Notes under the pieces: generated by a model | Database searches by the model: none | What the model was told of the DNA's origin: nothing | What the model saw: only the letters and a program-made list of their open reading frames with translations | Assembly (NCBI GenBank): GCA_030390025.1 | Contig: CM059432.1 | Span: 89,964,001-90,028,000 of the forward strand | Source of the DNA: Squalus acanthias | Taxonomy: Eukaryota | Reading direction: 5' to 3' | Length of the DNA stretch: 64,000 nucleotides | Part shown: positions 13,533 through 26,076 of the stretch, one piece after another | Layout of the letters: each line of letters opens with the position of its first letter | Numbering within the stretch: the first letter of the stretch is position 1 | Made by a program: the position numbers and the translations under genes

Positions 13533-14769
13533 ATGGGCGCCGCTTATACTGTCTCACCTTGGTCCTCAGAATCGGACCAAGATGAGCCCCACCACCAACA
13601 ACACCAGCAGCACCAGCCACACCAACAGCAGCAGCAACCACAACACCAGCCTTCTCCTCAACGACCTGATGCTCCATAGGAGAGAGGGGATCAGCGCAGG
13701 GCTGCACCACCCCAGAGGCAATACCCCCAACACAGGGTATACAGGCAGAGGATGAGCTTCCTCAACATGATGAGCAGCAGTGCCAAAGGAGGCTCAGGTT
13801 ATCGCGCCAGGTCGTCACAGACATTCGCAGCTTACTGAAACCAGACCTGCTGCCCAGAGAACCTGGTGTACACACCTTACCAGTGGTTGTCAAGGTCACC
13901 ACCACCCTCAATTTCTTCGCCTCAGGCTCAGGATCTGCAGCAGTCATTTGTGGCATCTCGCAGTCGGCTGTCCACAGATGCATCACCCAAGTCACCGATG
14001 CCATGTTTCACAAGGCAGCCAATTATGTGAACTTTACCACTGATGAGGTCAGTGTTACTGAGCGGGCGCTCCGCTTTGCAGCTCTGGCTGGCTTCCCAAT
14101 GGGTGCAGGGCGTCATCGACAGCACACATGTGGCCATCAGGGCACCCCCACATCAGCCAGGGGTGTTTGTGAACTGCAAGGGCTTCCACTCCCTCAATGT
14201 GCAGCTCGTCTGCAACCGGAGGAAGATGATCCTGCATGTGTGCACCAGATTCCCTGGCAGCTGTCATGACTCTTTCATGCTGCGCCAGTCTACCCTCCCT
14301 CAGCTCCTCACTCCTCCAAACAGACTTACCGGCTGGCTGCTTGGAGACAAGGGCTATCCGCTAAAGACATGGCTCATGACACCCTTGAGGAGGCCAAATA
14401 ATGAGGCCGAGGAGTGTTACAATGAAAGCCACATGTCCACCAGATGTGTCATAGAGCAAACAATAGGCATGCTCAAGATGCACTTCAGATGCCTTGACAG
14501 ATCTGGAGGAGCCCTTCAGTACGCATCAGCCACGGTCTCCAGAATCGTCGTCGCTTGCTGCGCACTGCACAACACAGTACAGCAGCGAGGATTGTAGCTG
14601 CATGAGGAGCATGGCGCACATTATACAGCCTCTTCAGAGGAGGAGGAGGAGGAGCAACAGCTGGAAGATGAAGAGGAGAAGCAGGAAACAGGTGGCGATG
14701 GCACCAGCAGCAGTGCATATTGTTGTCCGGGAGGCCAGGGATGGCCTCAAAATGGCCAGATTTACTTAA
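13533..14769 (+). pseudogene. Harbinger DDE transposase (HARBI1-like family), frameshifted
   Basis: ATG (MGAA) at 13533; [14 protein letters not shown]; catalytic motifs [28 protein letters not shown]; acidic tail; TAA at 14767; AATAAA near 14975; several frameshifts. Confidence 0.92.
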
Positions 14770-15060
14770 CTTGCTCCAATCCACCCATATGGCTGCCACA
14801 TGCTGTGCTAAGTCCACCCCCCTGCAACAACACCACAAAGTATCCCTACAATAACTCTTCCTTTCACCCAAAGCCCCATTGCTCAAGGTCACATAATGTC
14901 TCACCATTCACTCCAAATCACAAAGCCACTTCCAAGGTAGCAGGCAAAAATGGGCAAGACCAGAAAGTAGTGAAAATAAAGACATTTATATGTGTCATAA
15001 CAATAACGGAACCTTAACAATAACATTGCATTATACACCCATGTGCATACCCTTGTGCAT

Positions 15061-16933
15061 CTAGGATTGTGCCATTTTTCGTTTCCGAGTGCTTCTATGA
15101 GGTGCAACCCCTGTGGCTTCAGCAGAGGTAGAGGCAGGCTGCTCACTTCCCTGCTGTGACTGGTTAGACACTTTTGGCGGACGTCCTCTGGGTTTTGGAG
15201 CTTGTGATGGCCCCACCAAAGACTGTTACTCCTGTGACTGTGCAGGGGCAGATTCAGCCATCGCGATCCAAGGCAGCATGTGGGGCTCTGACTGAGGGGG
15301 AGGCAGTGGGGAGAGTTGGGAGCACTTTGAGAAGGGCCCCTACTTCTATGTGCCCTCTCAGCATCATCCCTCTCATGGGCCACCCACACTTCCCTGCTAG
15401 CAAGGAGCTGACGAGCACCTTGCTGCACAGCAGTGGGGCGATGAGGGCCCAAGTCTACATTTATCTCCTTCCTAGAGAGGAGGTCTATGAGCCTCTGCCC
15501 TCTATTCTCCATAGATTCCATGTGCTCCTCTGAGTGGCGCATAAGCTGCTCCATGCAGGAGGCCATCCTTTCCATGAAACAGCACATCGTTGCCACCGCC
15601 TGCGACATGGTGGTGCTCATGTTGGAGGTGGACTCCTCCATTCTCTGCACATTTGCAGACATTGCGGCTGCAAAACCTGCCAGAGCCTCATGCAGTTGTT
15701 GCTGCCCCTCCAGGATCACCCCCTTTCTCGATGGCCCCCGAGGCTTAGCGTCTGCATACAGCTGAGCAGAGCTTGGAGCGTCCTGCGCCCTCCGGCAAGG
15801 AGTCTCCACTGCTGTCCCTGTCAACAACATCTGCTCTTGCTCACTTATGAAGTGTGAGACAGCAGGTGACAACAGTACTCTACCTTGCATAGGACCCACC
15901 GAGGTGTGCGTATCTGCGCTGGTGCTGGGTGCGCTTGGGTCTGTTGACGGTGCACCCTCAGAGGCTGGAGGCTCCTCTGAGGAGTCATCTTCCTCCTCCA
16001 GCTGGACAATGGCGGGGGGTGGGGGGGGGGGTTGGCTCTTGATGGACCTGTGGGAGAGTAAAGAGATGATTTAGAAATGTTATATTAAGAATGGATAACG
16101 TTACCATTATGCACGTGATGAACATTCACTGGCTGCTGACAGTCACCATATAAGTGACTGCCGTATGCCATGTGGCTGTATGAGATGTAATTCTGTCACC
16201 AGGTTGCTGAGAGGTCCCCCTCTCTCCAGCTCCCACCGCCAGCAGCTCTGCAACTCTCAACACCTCCAGGGTCCCTTCCCCTGCTGCAGTCAAATTACTG
16301 AAGACTGGAGGGCCAACTCCGGTTCTCTGTCTTTCCCTGTTGTTGTGGACTCTTTTCTCCTGCAAGGAGGTAAAGAAGAGAAGCTTGAGTGAGAGTGATG
16401 GAATGACTGTAAGGAATGGATGGATTACATCTGTAGAGGGTGACTATGAGGGAGTGGGGTAACAATGCCAATGGCCTCCTTCTGTGGTGTTACTTGCTAT
16501 GATTGCTTTAGGATGAGGGTGAGTGTGAGGGGTGGTTACTCAGATGGGGATGTGAGTATATACATAGAGAGAGAGGGACCTGGAAGGTATGTTGGTGTGA
16601 GGAATGATGTGAAGGAGTAGGCGTGGGAAGGCAGAGTGATGAAGATGTGGTGACATAACCATCAGGATGAAGGTGAGGGTGGCTTGGCAATCACCTTTCC
16701 TGACCTCATCAGATCACTGAATCTCTTCCTGCACTGGATCCAGGTCCTCCTCACAACCTCCCTACTGCTGCCTCCTCCGCTATTTCAAGCCAGGCCCTTT
16801 TTGTCTGTTGGGGAGGTCTCCTGCGCCCATCTGCTGGGAAGAGGACCTCCCTGTGTGCTCGTACTGCCTCTACCAGAATATACAGCGAGGCATCTGTAAA
16901 CTGGGGTGCAGCCCTCTGTCTTTGGGTATTCAT
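15061..16933 (-). pseudogene. Harbinger Myb/SANT-like protein gene; exons 16933-16695, 16359-16200, 16047-15061
   Basis: RAAPQFTDASLYILVEAV...W..IA...RTWIQCRKRFSDL; canonical GT-AG borders (AAG|gtgatt, ttgcag|GAG, CCTG|gtgaca, ccacag|GTC); basic C-terminus RSTRKRK; frameshifts. Confidence 0.85.
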
Positions 16934-18873
16934 GTTTTTATGTTCGCAAAATAAATCCAAACTTTACAATGATACTTACACACTCCTTTACCAACCTTCA
17001 AATGAGTTGTGTGCAAGGCTGCTTTAAAAATGGATGTTGGAAATGAGTCATCGATGACATCATCAGACCCGTACCCTTTAATAGCGCTGGGAAATGCGCA
17101 TGGCTGGCTTAATTGGGGCCATTATGTTAAAGTCGCACTGAGGAGCGGGCTGATCAACACATCACGTTCCCGACCCGCTACGCAGCCTGCACGCACCCGA
17201 TCCGACTCTGAAGTGAAAATTCCGGCCATAGAGTAGTCATAAGATGGAAGTTTTACTTTTATAGATGTCGCTCTGATTGGAAATATGAAAAAATCCTAGA
17301 GGATTTGTCTCCAGTGTCAGAGGAAAGTTTAAAATAATGGAGCTCCCCTCAAAATCTGGAGGTTGTGCAGCATGTATAGACTGAACGTAAATCAGGTGGG
17401 CCTTGTATTCCAATCATTGCAGTGGTCAGTAGAAGAGGCAGACCTTCACGATAAATGGCTGTTGGAACATTTTTCTGAATAAGAGTGCACAGACCAATGG
17501 AGTCAGGGAAGCTTGTTATTTCTCAACAATTTTGATAACATCCTTCTTTTCTTAGTTGGGGAGCAGAATGGTGCATGGGGGAGGAAACATTAAAAAAAAA
17601 ATCAATTTACATTTAAATTCTCAGCAATTTAGATGGCTAAACTAATTTATTTCACACCTGCTTTCAGTTTTATACAATCTGCATTTCCTCCCATCAGAAT
17701 GAAAGGAAGCAAAGCTTGTGTGGATTCCAAAGTTTATAAAAATGGTAGTCTGCTTCCTTGCTCTCCTTTATTCACATCATGTCTCACCTTTCTGTATAGT
17801 GCCCACATTTAAATGTTTTTGATCATTCAGCAAGATGGTAAAGTGCAGAGAAATTACTACAAATGTTAACTGTGATTTAAAAATTCAAAGGAAACATTTA
17901 TCTGCCTTTCTATATAACTTCAGATTGTTAAGAAACAGTAAACCATTCATAGGCAGGAATTATACTTTTCTGAACATTAAGTATGCTCCCTATTATCACA
18001 CCTCAGTTGAGTAGCCTTTTTCACTTATTCTGCCTAAGAGAAACCTTTAACTACTGACTCAAAGCTTGCTTTCCCAGCTCTGGCAGCTTGTCAAATAATC
18101 ATGAATACTCTTGAGAACAAAAGTTGCATTTGGAAACAAATCAGTAAAAAATCAGACACTGAGAAGAAAGAAATACAAAATGCTTTGATTGTTCTTATTA
18201 TTATTTGTTACAATATGACTAGTCATTAAAGCAGGGCTGATAATGGAGGACAGTGCTGAAAGGTTTACTTATACTGAGCATGTTGCCTTCTGCCTTACAT
18301 CTCAAGGGCCATCCAAAATCTCAAGCAATTTCAGGCAATGCTGGTGGAAGGAGGGAATGTTTTCATACATTTTGGCCTAGAAATTTGATTGCATAGAGCC
18401 CGTTGATTGGGCGGTACGGGTGCCGTTTTGGTTCATAAATGGCATCTGAGCAACACTCGCACAATTCTGGTGCTGGTCGTGCCAGACGCCATCTTAGTGA
18501 GGGCAGTAGTGCCAACGCTGGGAGTGTGTGGCAGAAGTATGTAGAGTAGGCAGATCGTGACGTCAATCAGTGTGCGACACTGATTTGATGCCAGCTCTGT
18601 CATTTTCATCCTCAATGCTGGAAGTAATGCCCTGTCTTAACCTCACACAGCTGAACAGTCGTTCAGCGGCTGCAAGGACCCACAACCAGCAATATTTAAA
18701 GGGATCTTCAACCACTCTCAAGTCAGTTGCTGATTAATTTCTACGAGCTCTGTGGAAGTTTGTGGAAGTCTTTGGAGCTTTCTAGAATTGTTTAAAGTTG
18801 GTCAGGTGACAGGGAGTGGTGCTACAAGTGGAGAAGGCCTTGGTTCTGACTTCAAGGGTTCTGGTCAGACCAC

Positions 18874-20007
18874 TTGCTCCCAGTCATCGTTGCTCTTGGC
18901 CTGCAGCATGACGGGGAGATGGAGCAGAGACAGCGAAGAAGAGGACAAGCTGCTCACAGAGGGAAGAGGGGGAGAAGGGCTCTCAACAGGAGGCCTTGCT
19001 CACCTAGTGTCTTCCAAGAGCAATTCTCTTACCTCAACCTGAGCCAGGAGCAGAGTCTGAGGCGTCTGCACTTTACGAAAAAGGTGCTCACAGAACTCTG
19101 CCACCTCTTACAACTAGACCTGCAGCCTCACACCAGGGCAAGGACAGCGCTGCCAGTAGCTGTGAAGGTGACCATGGCCCTGAATTTCTTTGCTTTGGGA
19201 TCCTTCCGAGCTGGAGCAAGCGACATCTGTAACCTCTACCAGTTCGCCGTCCACTGCTGCATAAGAGAGGTGACAGAAGGTCTTTATGCCAGGAGAGGGG
19301 ACTTCATCGTCTTCTCTCTGACCAGAGAGAAGCAAATGGAGCGTGCACATGGCTTTGCCAGGATAGTGGGCTTCCCCATGGTACAGGCCATCGAATGCAT
19401 GGACGTGGCTTTGCAGACACCGTATCTAAATGCTGAGATGTACCCCAACCGCAAATTTTACCACTCGCTGAATGTGCAGTTGGTGTGTGACCATGCTCAG
19501 TACATCATGATGGTGAATGCCTGGCAGTGGTCATGATGCTTTTATTCTGCGCCACTCCGCTGCTCCCTCAATCTTTGAAGCACCAAGACAAACCAGAGGG
19601 TGGCTACTGGGTGACAAGAGCTAACCTCTGACCACCTGGCTCATGACTCTGCTGCACAACCCAAGCACATGTGGGTAGCATGCATATATCGAAAGCCATG
19701 CTGCTACATGGAATCTGATAGAGCAGACCATTCGCGTCCTTAACAACACTTCTGCAGCCCGATCCGCGCTGGAGGAGCCCTGCAGTACTCACCAGAATGT
19801 GTCTCAAGGTTTGTCATGGTCTGCTGCATGCTCCACAGCCTCGGCATCATGAGGGCCCAGCCTTTACCACCAGGCATATGGTGACCAGCTGAGGAGGAGG
19901 AAGAAGCGGAAGAGGAAAAGGAGGAAGCGGAAGGGAGGAGGCAACCCAGACAGCCCCTTTCTCCCTGCGCTGTTCATGATCGGCTCATCCGACTGCGGTT
20001 CGAGTGA
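18874..20007 (+). pseudogene. Harbinger DDE transposase, disrupted
   Basis: [47 protein letters not shown], acidic tail; stops and frameshifts. Confidence 0.9.
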
Positions 20008-21664
20008 ACGCAACCCGAATTCCCCAATCACCAATAGTCCCTCACCTTACCGTCCCTCTGTTACTGAGCATCACAGCATCCTCTTTATCTCTATGCTGAA
20101 ATAAAAGCCACCACAAAAGAAACATTCCAATACAGCTTTATTCATCAATCAATCAAATGTAACCTAACAAAGTCAGCTAATCACCCCTGTGCGTGTCTTC
20201 AGTGTGCCTTTGCCTGTCCTGGTGCTCCTACGAAGTGCTACCCCAGTAGCTGCAGCATGGCTGGGGGAAGGCTGCTGACTTTCAGTGGGGGAGACTGAAA
20301 ATGGCCTTGCAGGACAACCTCGAGCACCTCTGGGCCTAGAAGTCCCGGCTGCGGACTGCACCACATCGGCATGGGTGGCAGTAGTCTGGGCCAGCTGGCT
20401 GACAGGCAACAGCAAGGACACTGGTTCATCCTCCACAGAGCCACTGCCACTGCCCCTCGGCGGTGCCTCGGCATTCCTAGCCATCTGTTGGAGGAAAGAT
20501 TGCTGGAATGCTGTGACACCCTGCAAGCCCCTTTCCACACTGGTAAACCCAGCTACGATGGCAGCAGTCTGAGCTAGCGTGGCAGCAAGCTGAGCTTGCA
20601 TGACTTCAGTCTGAGCTTCCACTGCAGCACTCAGATGTAGGGTGGCTTGTATTTGTGCTGCAGTGGAAGCTGAGACATCAGCCATCAGACACTGCATGGT
20701 AGTTGGGTCCACAAGTGTGCTTATGTATTGCCAACCCCTTCCATGCTGGAAAGGATGGGCTCCAAGCTCTGCGCAAAGCCTTGTGCAAGGTTGGTGTCGG
20801 CCTCCTCCATGCTCCTTGACATTGCACTCAGGCTTTTTGGCAGGCCTGCCAATGCAGCAAGCATTTAGTTGTGCGTACCCATCAGCGTTCGTCTGTAGGT
20901 CGCCCCATCGAAGTCCTCATCTGAGTCCTCTGCAGCAGAACTCATGTGCAACCTCGTCCTCTGGGGAGCTGACACCTGCGCAACCCTTTCCCCTTGGCCT
21001 GGCTACAGGCCACTCGTGCCCAATGTCTCACCACATACAGATCCCACATCTAACCTATCCTCTAAAGTACGTGGAGTGTCAGTATCTGAGCTGGTGGCTG
21101 CGAGTGTGAAATCAAGTGATGGTGTTTCTACTTCTTTTTCACTCTCCTCTTCCTCTTCTTGTTGACTCCCTGGCTGGGCAGGCTGGATTTCCTGGGTGTC
21201 TGAAATGAGAAAGGCACAAGGGTAGGTTTGTGGTAAGGGGAGGGGGGGAAGGGCGAAAGCAAGAGGTGCTTACACCATGTGCAGATTGTAAATCAGAAGA
21301 TATTATGCGATGAGGGGGAAGTGGGATGTGAGAAGGATGATAACGTATAAGGATACTTGTACCCTTTCAGCCCCGCCACTGGCCACAGGCTCAGCCATGC
21401 TCCTCCTAAGAATGGCCAGCACTGTCTCCTCCATGGGGGTGAGATGATGTAGGCGAGCCTTACCCCGCCGGATAAGTTCTGCTGGCACCAGTTGTGAGCC
21501 ACCTTTTCCTGTGAGAGAAAGGGAAGTACATCAGTGAGTGTGGTTTAATGTTTTTGGGTGATGTGGCTGTCATGGTTGAATAGCTGACAGTGTGTTCAAG
21601 CCGTGAGGTGTGGGTGTGAGGCTTGCAGCACTGGTAAGTGTGTGAGGGTGAGGTGAAGCTATTA

Positions 21665-23524
21665 ATCATAGAATCATAGAATGGTTACAGCACAGAAGAA
21701 GGCCATTCGGCCTGTCGTGCCCATGCCGGCTCTCTGAAAGAGCACTTCAGCTAGTCCCACTCCCCTGCCCTTTCCTCATAGCCCTGCAGATTTCTTTCCT
21801 TCAGATACTTATCCAACTCCCTTTTGAAAACCGTGATTGAGTCTGCCTCCACCACCCTTTCAGGCAGTGCATTCCAGATCCTAACCACTCGCTGCGTAAA
21901 AAAGGTTTTTCTTACGTCGCCTTTGGTTCTTTTGCCAATCACTTTAAATCTGTGTCCTCTGGTTCTCGACCCTTCTGCCAATGGGAACAGTTTCTCTCTA
22001 TCTACTCTGTCCAGATTTTGAGCACCTCTATCAAATCTCCTCTCAATCTTCTCTGCTCCAAGGAGAACAACCCCAGCATCTCCAGTCTATCAACGTAACT
22101 GAAGTCCCCCATTCCTGGAATCATTCTCGTAAATCTTTTCTGCACCTTCTCTAAGGCCTTCAGATCCTTCCTAAAGTGTGGTGCCCAGAATTGGACACAG
22201 TACTCCAGTTAGGACCAAACCAGTGTTTTATACAGTGTAATTTCCACACTTTTGTACTCTATACCTGTTTTTGAAGCTCAGGATCCCATAAGCCTTTTTA
22301 ATTGCTTTCTCAACCTGCCCTGCCACCTTCAACAATTTGTGCACATATACCCCCAGGTCTCTCTGTTTGTGCACCCCCTTCTGGATTGTACCATTTAGTT
22401 TATATGAGAGACTACAAAATGCTGCAGTACAGAGGGATCTGGGGGTCCTCGTACATGAAACACAGAAAGTTAGCATGCAGGTACAGCAAGTAATTAGGAA
22501 GGAAAATGGAATGTTGGCCTTTATTGCAAGGGGGATAGAGTATTAAAGTAGGGAAGTCTTGCTACAACTATAGAGACCACACCTGGAGTACTGCGTACAG
22601 TTTTGGTCTCTTTATTTAAGGAGAGATATACTTGCATTGGAGGCAGTTCAGAGAAGGTTCACAAGGTTGATTCCTGAGATGAGGGGGTTGTCTTATGAAG
22701 AAAGATTGAGCAGGTTTGGCCTATACTCATTGGAGTTTAGAAGAATGAGAGGTGATCTTATTGAAACATATAAGATTTTGAGGGGGCTTGGCGAGGTGGA
22801 AGCAGAGAGGATGTTTCTCCTCGTGGGGAATCCAGAACTAGGGGGCATAATTTCAGAATAAGGGAGCACCCATTTAAAACGGAGATGAGCAGGAATTTCT
22901 TCTCTCAGAGGGTCGTGAATCTTTGGAATTCTGTACCCCAGAGAGCTGTGGCGGCTGGGTCATTGAATATATTTAAGGTGGAGATAGACAGATTTTTGAA
23001 CTATAGGGGAGTCAAGGGTTATGGGGAGCGGGCAGGAAAGTGGAGTTTAGGCCAAGATCAGATCAGCCATGATCTTATTGAATGGCGGAGCAGGCTCGAG
23101 GGGCCAAATGGCCTACTCCTGCTCCTAGTCCTTATGTTCTTATGTTCTCTCCTCATTCTTTCTACCAAAATGTATCACTTCACACTTTTCTGTGTTAAAT
23201 TTCATCTGCCACCAGCCTGTCTATGTCTTCCTGAAGTCTATCACTCTCCTCCTCACTGTTCACTATACTTCCAAGTTTTGTGTCATCTCCAAATTTTGAA
23301 ATTGTGCCCTGTACACCCAAGTCCAAGTCATTAATATATATCAAGAAAAGCAGTGGTCCTAGAACTGACCCCTGGGGAACACCACTGTATACCTTCCTCC
23401 AGTCCGAAAAACAATCGTTCACCACCACTCTCTGTCTCCTATCAATTAAACAATTCTGTATCCATGCTGCTACTGTCCCTTTTATTCCATGGGCTTCAAC
23501 TTGGCTGGCGAGCCTATTATGTGG
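21665..23524 (-). mobile_element. CR1 LINE, 5'-truncated, in Myb intron 1; itself split by a second CR1
   Basis: (attctatg)n tail at 21665; VPQGSVLGPLLFLIYINDLD and FFTQRVVRIWNALP on the minus strand. Confidence 0.92.
22406..23147 (+). mobile_element. CR1 LINE 3' fragment nested in the opposite orientation
   Basis: QRDLGVLVH, RRMRGDLIETYKI, HE1/HER1-type 3' UTR, (tatgttct)n tail. Confidence 0.92.
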
Positions 23525-24639
23525 AATGTGAGGTATGAGTCATGTTTGATAGAGATTGTTGGTAGGTGTGCAATGGGGGTGTGGTGCATTGAGCAGTGTG
23601 TGAGGCTAGTGGTGCAGTTGGTGGGATATGGCATTTGAAGATGAATTCACTGACCTTGTTTGAGGTCATTACTTCCTGCACTGAGTCCAGGTTCTCAGGG
23701 CAGCACTGCTGGCACTCACCACATTAGCTATTTGCTCCCATTAAACATTTGTCTGTTGCCTGGAGGGCCTCCTGGCCCTTGTGGAAAGAGGACCTCCATC
23801 CTCAAATTGACCTCGTGCAGCAAGGCCTCCAGTGCTGCATCTGAGAACCTTGCTGCACACTATCTCCCTGTTGTGCCATCATTAACTGATTTTACCTACT
23901 CTTTTCCCCAGCCGCTTCAATAATGATCTGCAGGCAGAAAGCACCTCCCCTTTAAGAGGTGCAGACTGCCTTTAAGAAGTGCAGGCTAGTTTTAATTGGT
24001 GCTAACCTCGCACAAACTTGTGCCCCCTGCTGAACATTCAGCCACTCAACAGCGCATTTAGCCCTGGGCTGAACGCCGCAATCATGCTAATCAGAAGTTT
24101 GCATGCTGCCTGCAGTCCTCCGAACGGGCACAGGTTGCTAGAGCATCGCGATCCCTGCATCCGTTTTTTGGGAACTTCTAGGCCTTTTAATTTGCAATCT
24201 TTTCCTTCCACCATCAGTCCTATATAAAAAAGAATTAAATGAAGATCTGCAAAATGCAGGATAATGGACGCCTTGCAGTGTCAGTGGACCGTTGAATTTG
24301 AGCATTGTTCCTATCTATGAATGTCTCGTGATACAGTATGATGGCAGAAATTGGAGCTGATTGAGGTATATTACTGAGCAGACCTGTTAAAGTGAGGAAG
24401 ATTGAGAGATGATAGAAGCACAAAAATGCAAGAAAAGCTAAAGGGGATGATTGGTAAAGGTAGATATCTAGAACTGAAAGAAATCCATTATGTGAAATGA
24501 TTGAGCAATGACAGAATTATGCAGTCAGAAAGAAACAGACAGGAAGAGGAATAAATAGAGGAATAAGGGGAAAGAAAAATTGAGCAGTTAGAAACAGTGT
24601 CATATAAATATTTTATTTTTCATAGAAAAACAGCATCAT

Positions 24640-24982
24640 ACAGACCAGGTAGATTTCAGGTTTCATTCTCAGACAGTGCTGAGTTAGTTGATCTCAGTGT
24701 TGAGAGTACCGTAGTTGTCCTCAGCATCCCAGGACATAGGTGGGAAAATTAGTCCGGGTTCCCATTCCTCATTGTTTTCCAGTGACCCAGACGGAAAGTG
24801 CCCGTGTGTGGCCATTGGGCGAGAATGAATTATTCTTCACCTGCGATGCCTCCCATAATCTCCCAGCAGCATTTATGCTTACACATGAAGAATAGCCACT
24901 TGTGAGAGGTATCAGCGCTTGTCAGTGCCTGTGGAACTGTATCCATCCCAGTCTGAACCACTGCCTTCAGGAGACGAAGGAT
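24640..24982 (+). mobile_element. Probable old SINE-like interspersed repeat
   Basis: Resembles a common shark repeat from memory (gtgctgagttag.tgatctcag...cacatgaagaat.gccactt...ccttcaggaga); family not confirmed. Confidence 0.4.
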
Positions 24983-25187
24983 ACAGCAGGAAGAAATTTA
25001 GTATATGCTTCAGGGAAGGAGTTTTAGCAAAGAGCACTCCTATCTCTGTCAACGTGTTTTGCATTTTGAGTAGCTTGTTGCTGTTCAGCTGTTTATACCG
25101 ACGACTTGCCACTCAGATTATACATTTCTGAGCATTAATAATTTAATACATTGGTGAATCACAAATCAAAATGTTATCAGTTTCCTT

Positions 25188-25361
25188 CTGAGGGGGCCTC
25201 AGTTTTTCATCTGAATGATGGCACCTGCAACAGTGCAGCACTCCCTCAATAATGAACTGAACTGTCAGCCTAGATTATGTGCTCAAGTCTCTGGAGTGGA
25301 GATCTGAATCTACAACCTTCTGATTCAGAAGTGAGAGTGCTACCACTAAGCCAAGGCTGAC
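25188..25361 (-). mobile_element. tRNA-headed Deu-domain SINE, 5' part
   Basis: Reverse complement matches the 5' part of the SINE at 47807. Confidence 0.8.
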
Positions 25362-25618
25362 CTAAGTAGCTCTGTCTTTCTTTCTTAACTGAAATCCACA
25401 TTCAGAAAGCATTTTGAGTGATTCATGAGAACCCAGATTATGCAATCTCAGGGCAATATACAATAAGTATAAAATAACAGCTATCGTGTGTCACATAGTG
25501 TGACACTTTTAACATTAATAAGGCCTATCACAGTACCACCTACAGGAGTAACAGTTACTGCATGTACTTATTGTAAGTTTTCAATGAACACACCCTCCAC
25601 ATCAATCTCGAATAGATA

Positions 25619-25745
25619 TATAGAAACATAGAAACATAGAATCTAGGAGCAGGAGTAGGCCATTCGGCCCGTCGAGCCTGCTCCGCCATTCAATACGATC
25701 ATGGCTGATCATCCAAATCCAGTACCCTGTCCCTGCTTTAATCCC
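25619..25745 (-). mobile_element. CR1 3' UTR and tail fragment
   Basis: (catagaaa)n plus ggagcaggagtaggccattcggccc; same subfamily as 35298. Confidence 0.85.
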
Positions 25746-26076
25746 CACAGTACACATATCCCACCCTACCCCCGTAACCCCACGTATTTAATTCCCCCTA
25801 ACATATCCCATCCTATCCCCATAACTTAATGGAAGCAAAATCAGGTGGGTTGCTTTCCAAGCATGCACTCTGAGCCACCCGATTTTCCAATATTTGCTGC
25901 GACCAGGTGATCCACTGCACCTGAGTGCAGATCCGGAAAAATTTCCCCTTATACATAAATTATGAGCTGAGTGTTAAATTTAGGATGATACATAGTATGG
26001 AGTGTGTTGCATATAGTGGATAACAGTTTGGAATATGTTACATACAGGATAGCACTTAATCAGTGTGAAATGTGTA

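Larger units (their letters stand above)
12995..17227 (+). mobile_element. Full-length but decayed Harbinger transposon, family H2 (4.2 kb)
   Basis: TIR GGCCGGAATT/AATTCCGGCC, TSD ATA on both sides, convergent transposase (+) and Myb/SANT (-) genes. Confidence 0.95.
20173..23879 (-). pseudogene. Harbinger Myb/SANT-like gene, disrupted (exon 1 23879-23655, exon 2 from 21508, exon 3 from 21199)
   Basis: Homologous to 722-4480; Ala/Gln-rich helical C-terminal region and RRSTRTGK end. Confidence 0.8.
18374..24184 (+). mobile_element. Harbinger transposon, family H1 copy 2, with nested CR1 LINEs
   Basis: TIR GGCCTAGAA(A/G)TT at both ends, TSD TTT, convergent transposase and Myb genes. Confidence 0.94.

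Noticed and set aside
13533..14769. Domesticated HARBI1 gene
   Set aside because: Frameshifted, bounded by TIRs and a TSD, and paired with a Myb gene; it is a transposon copy.
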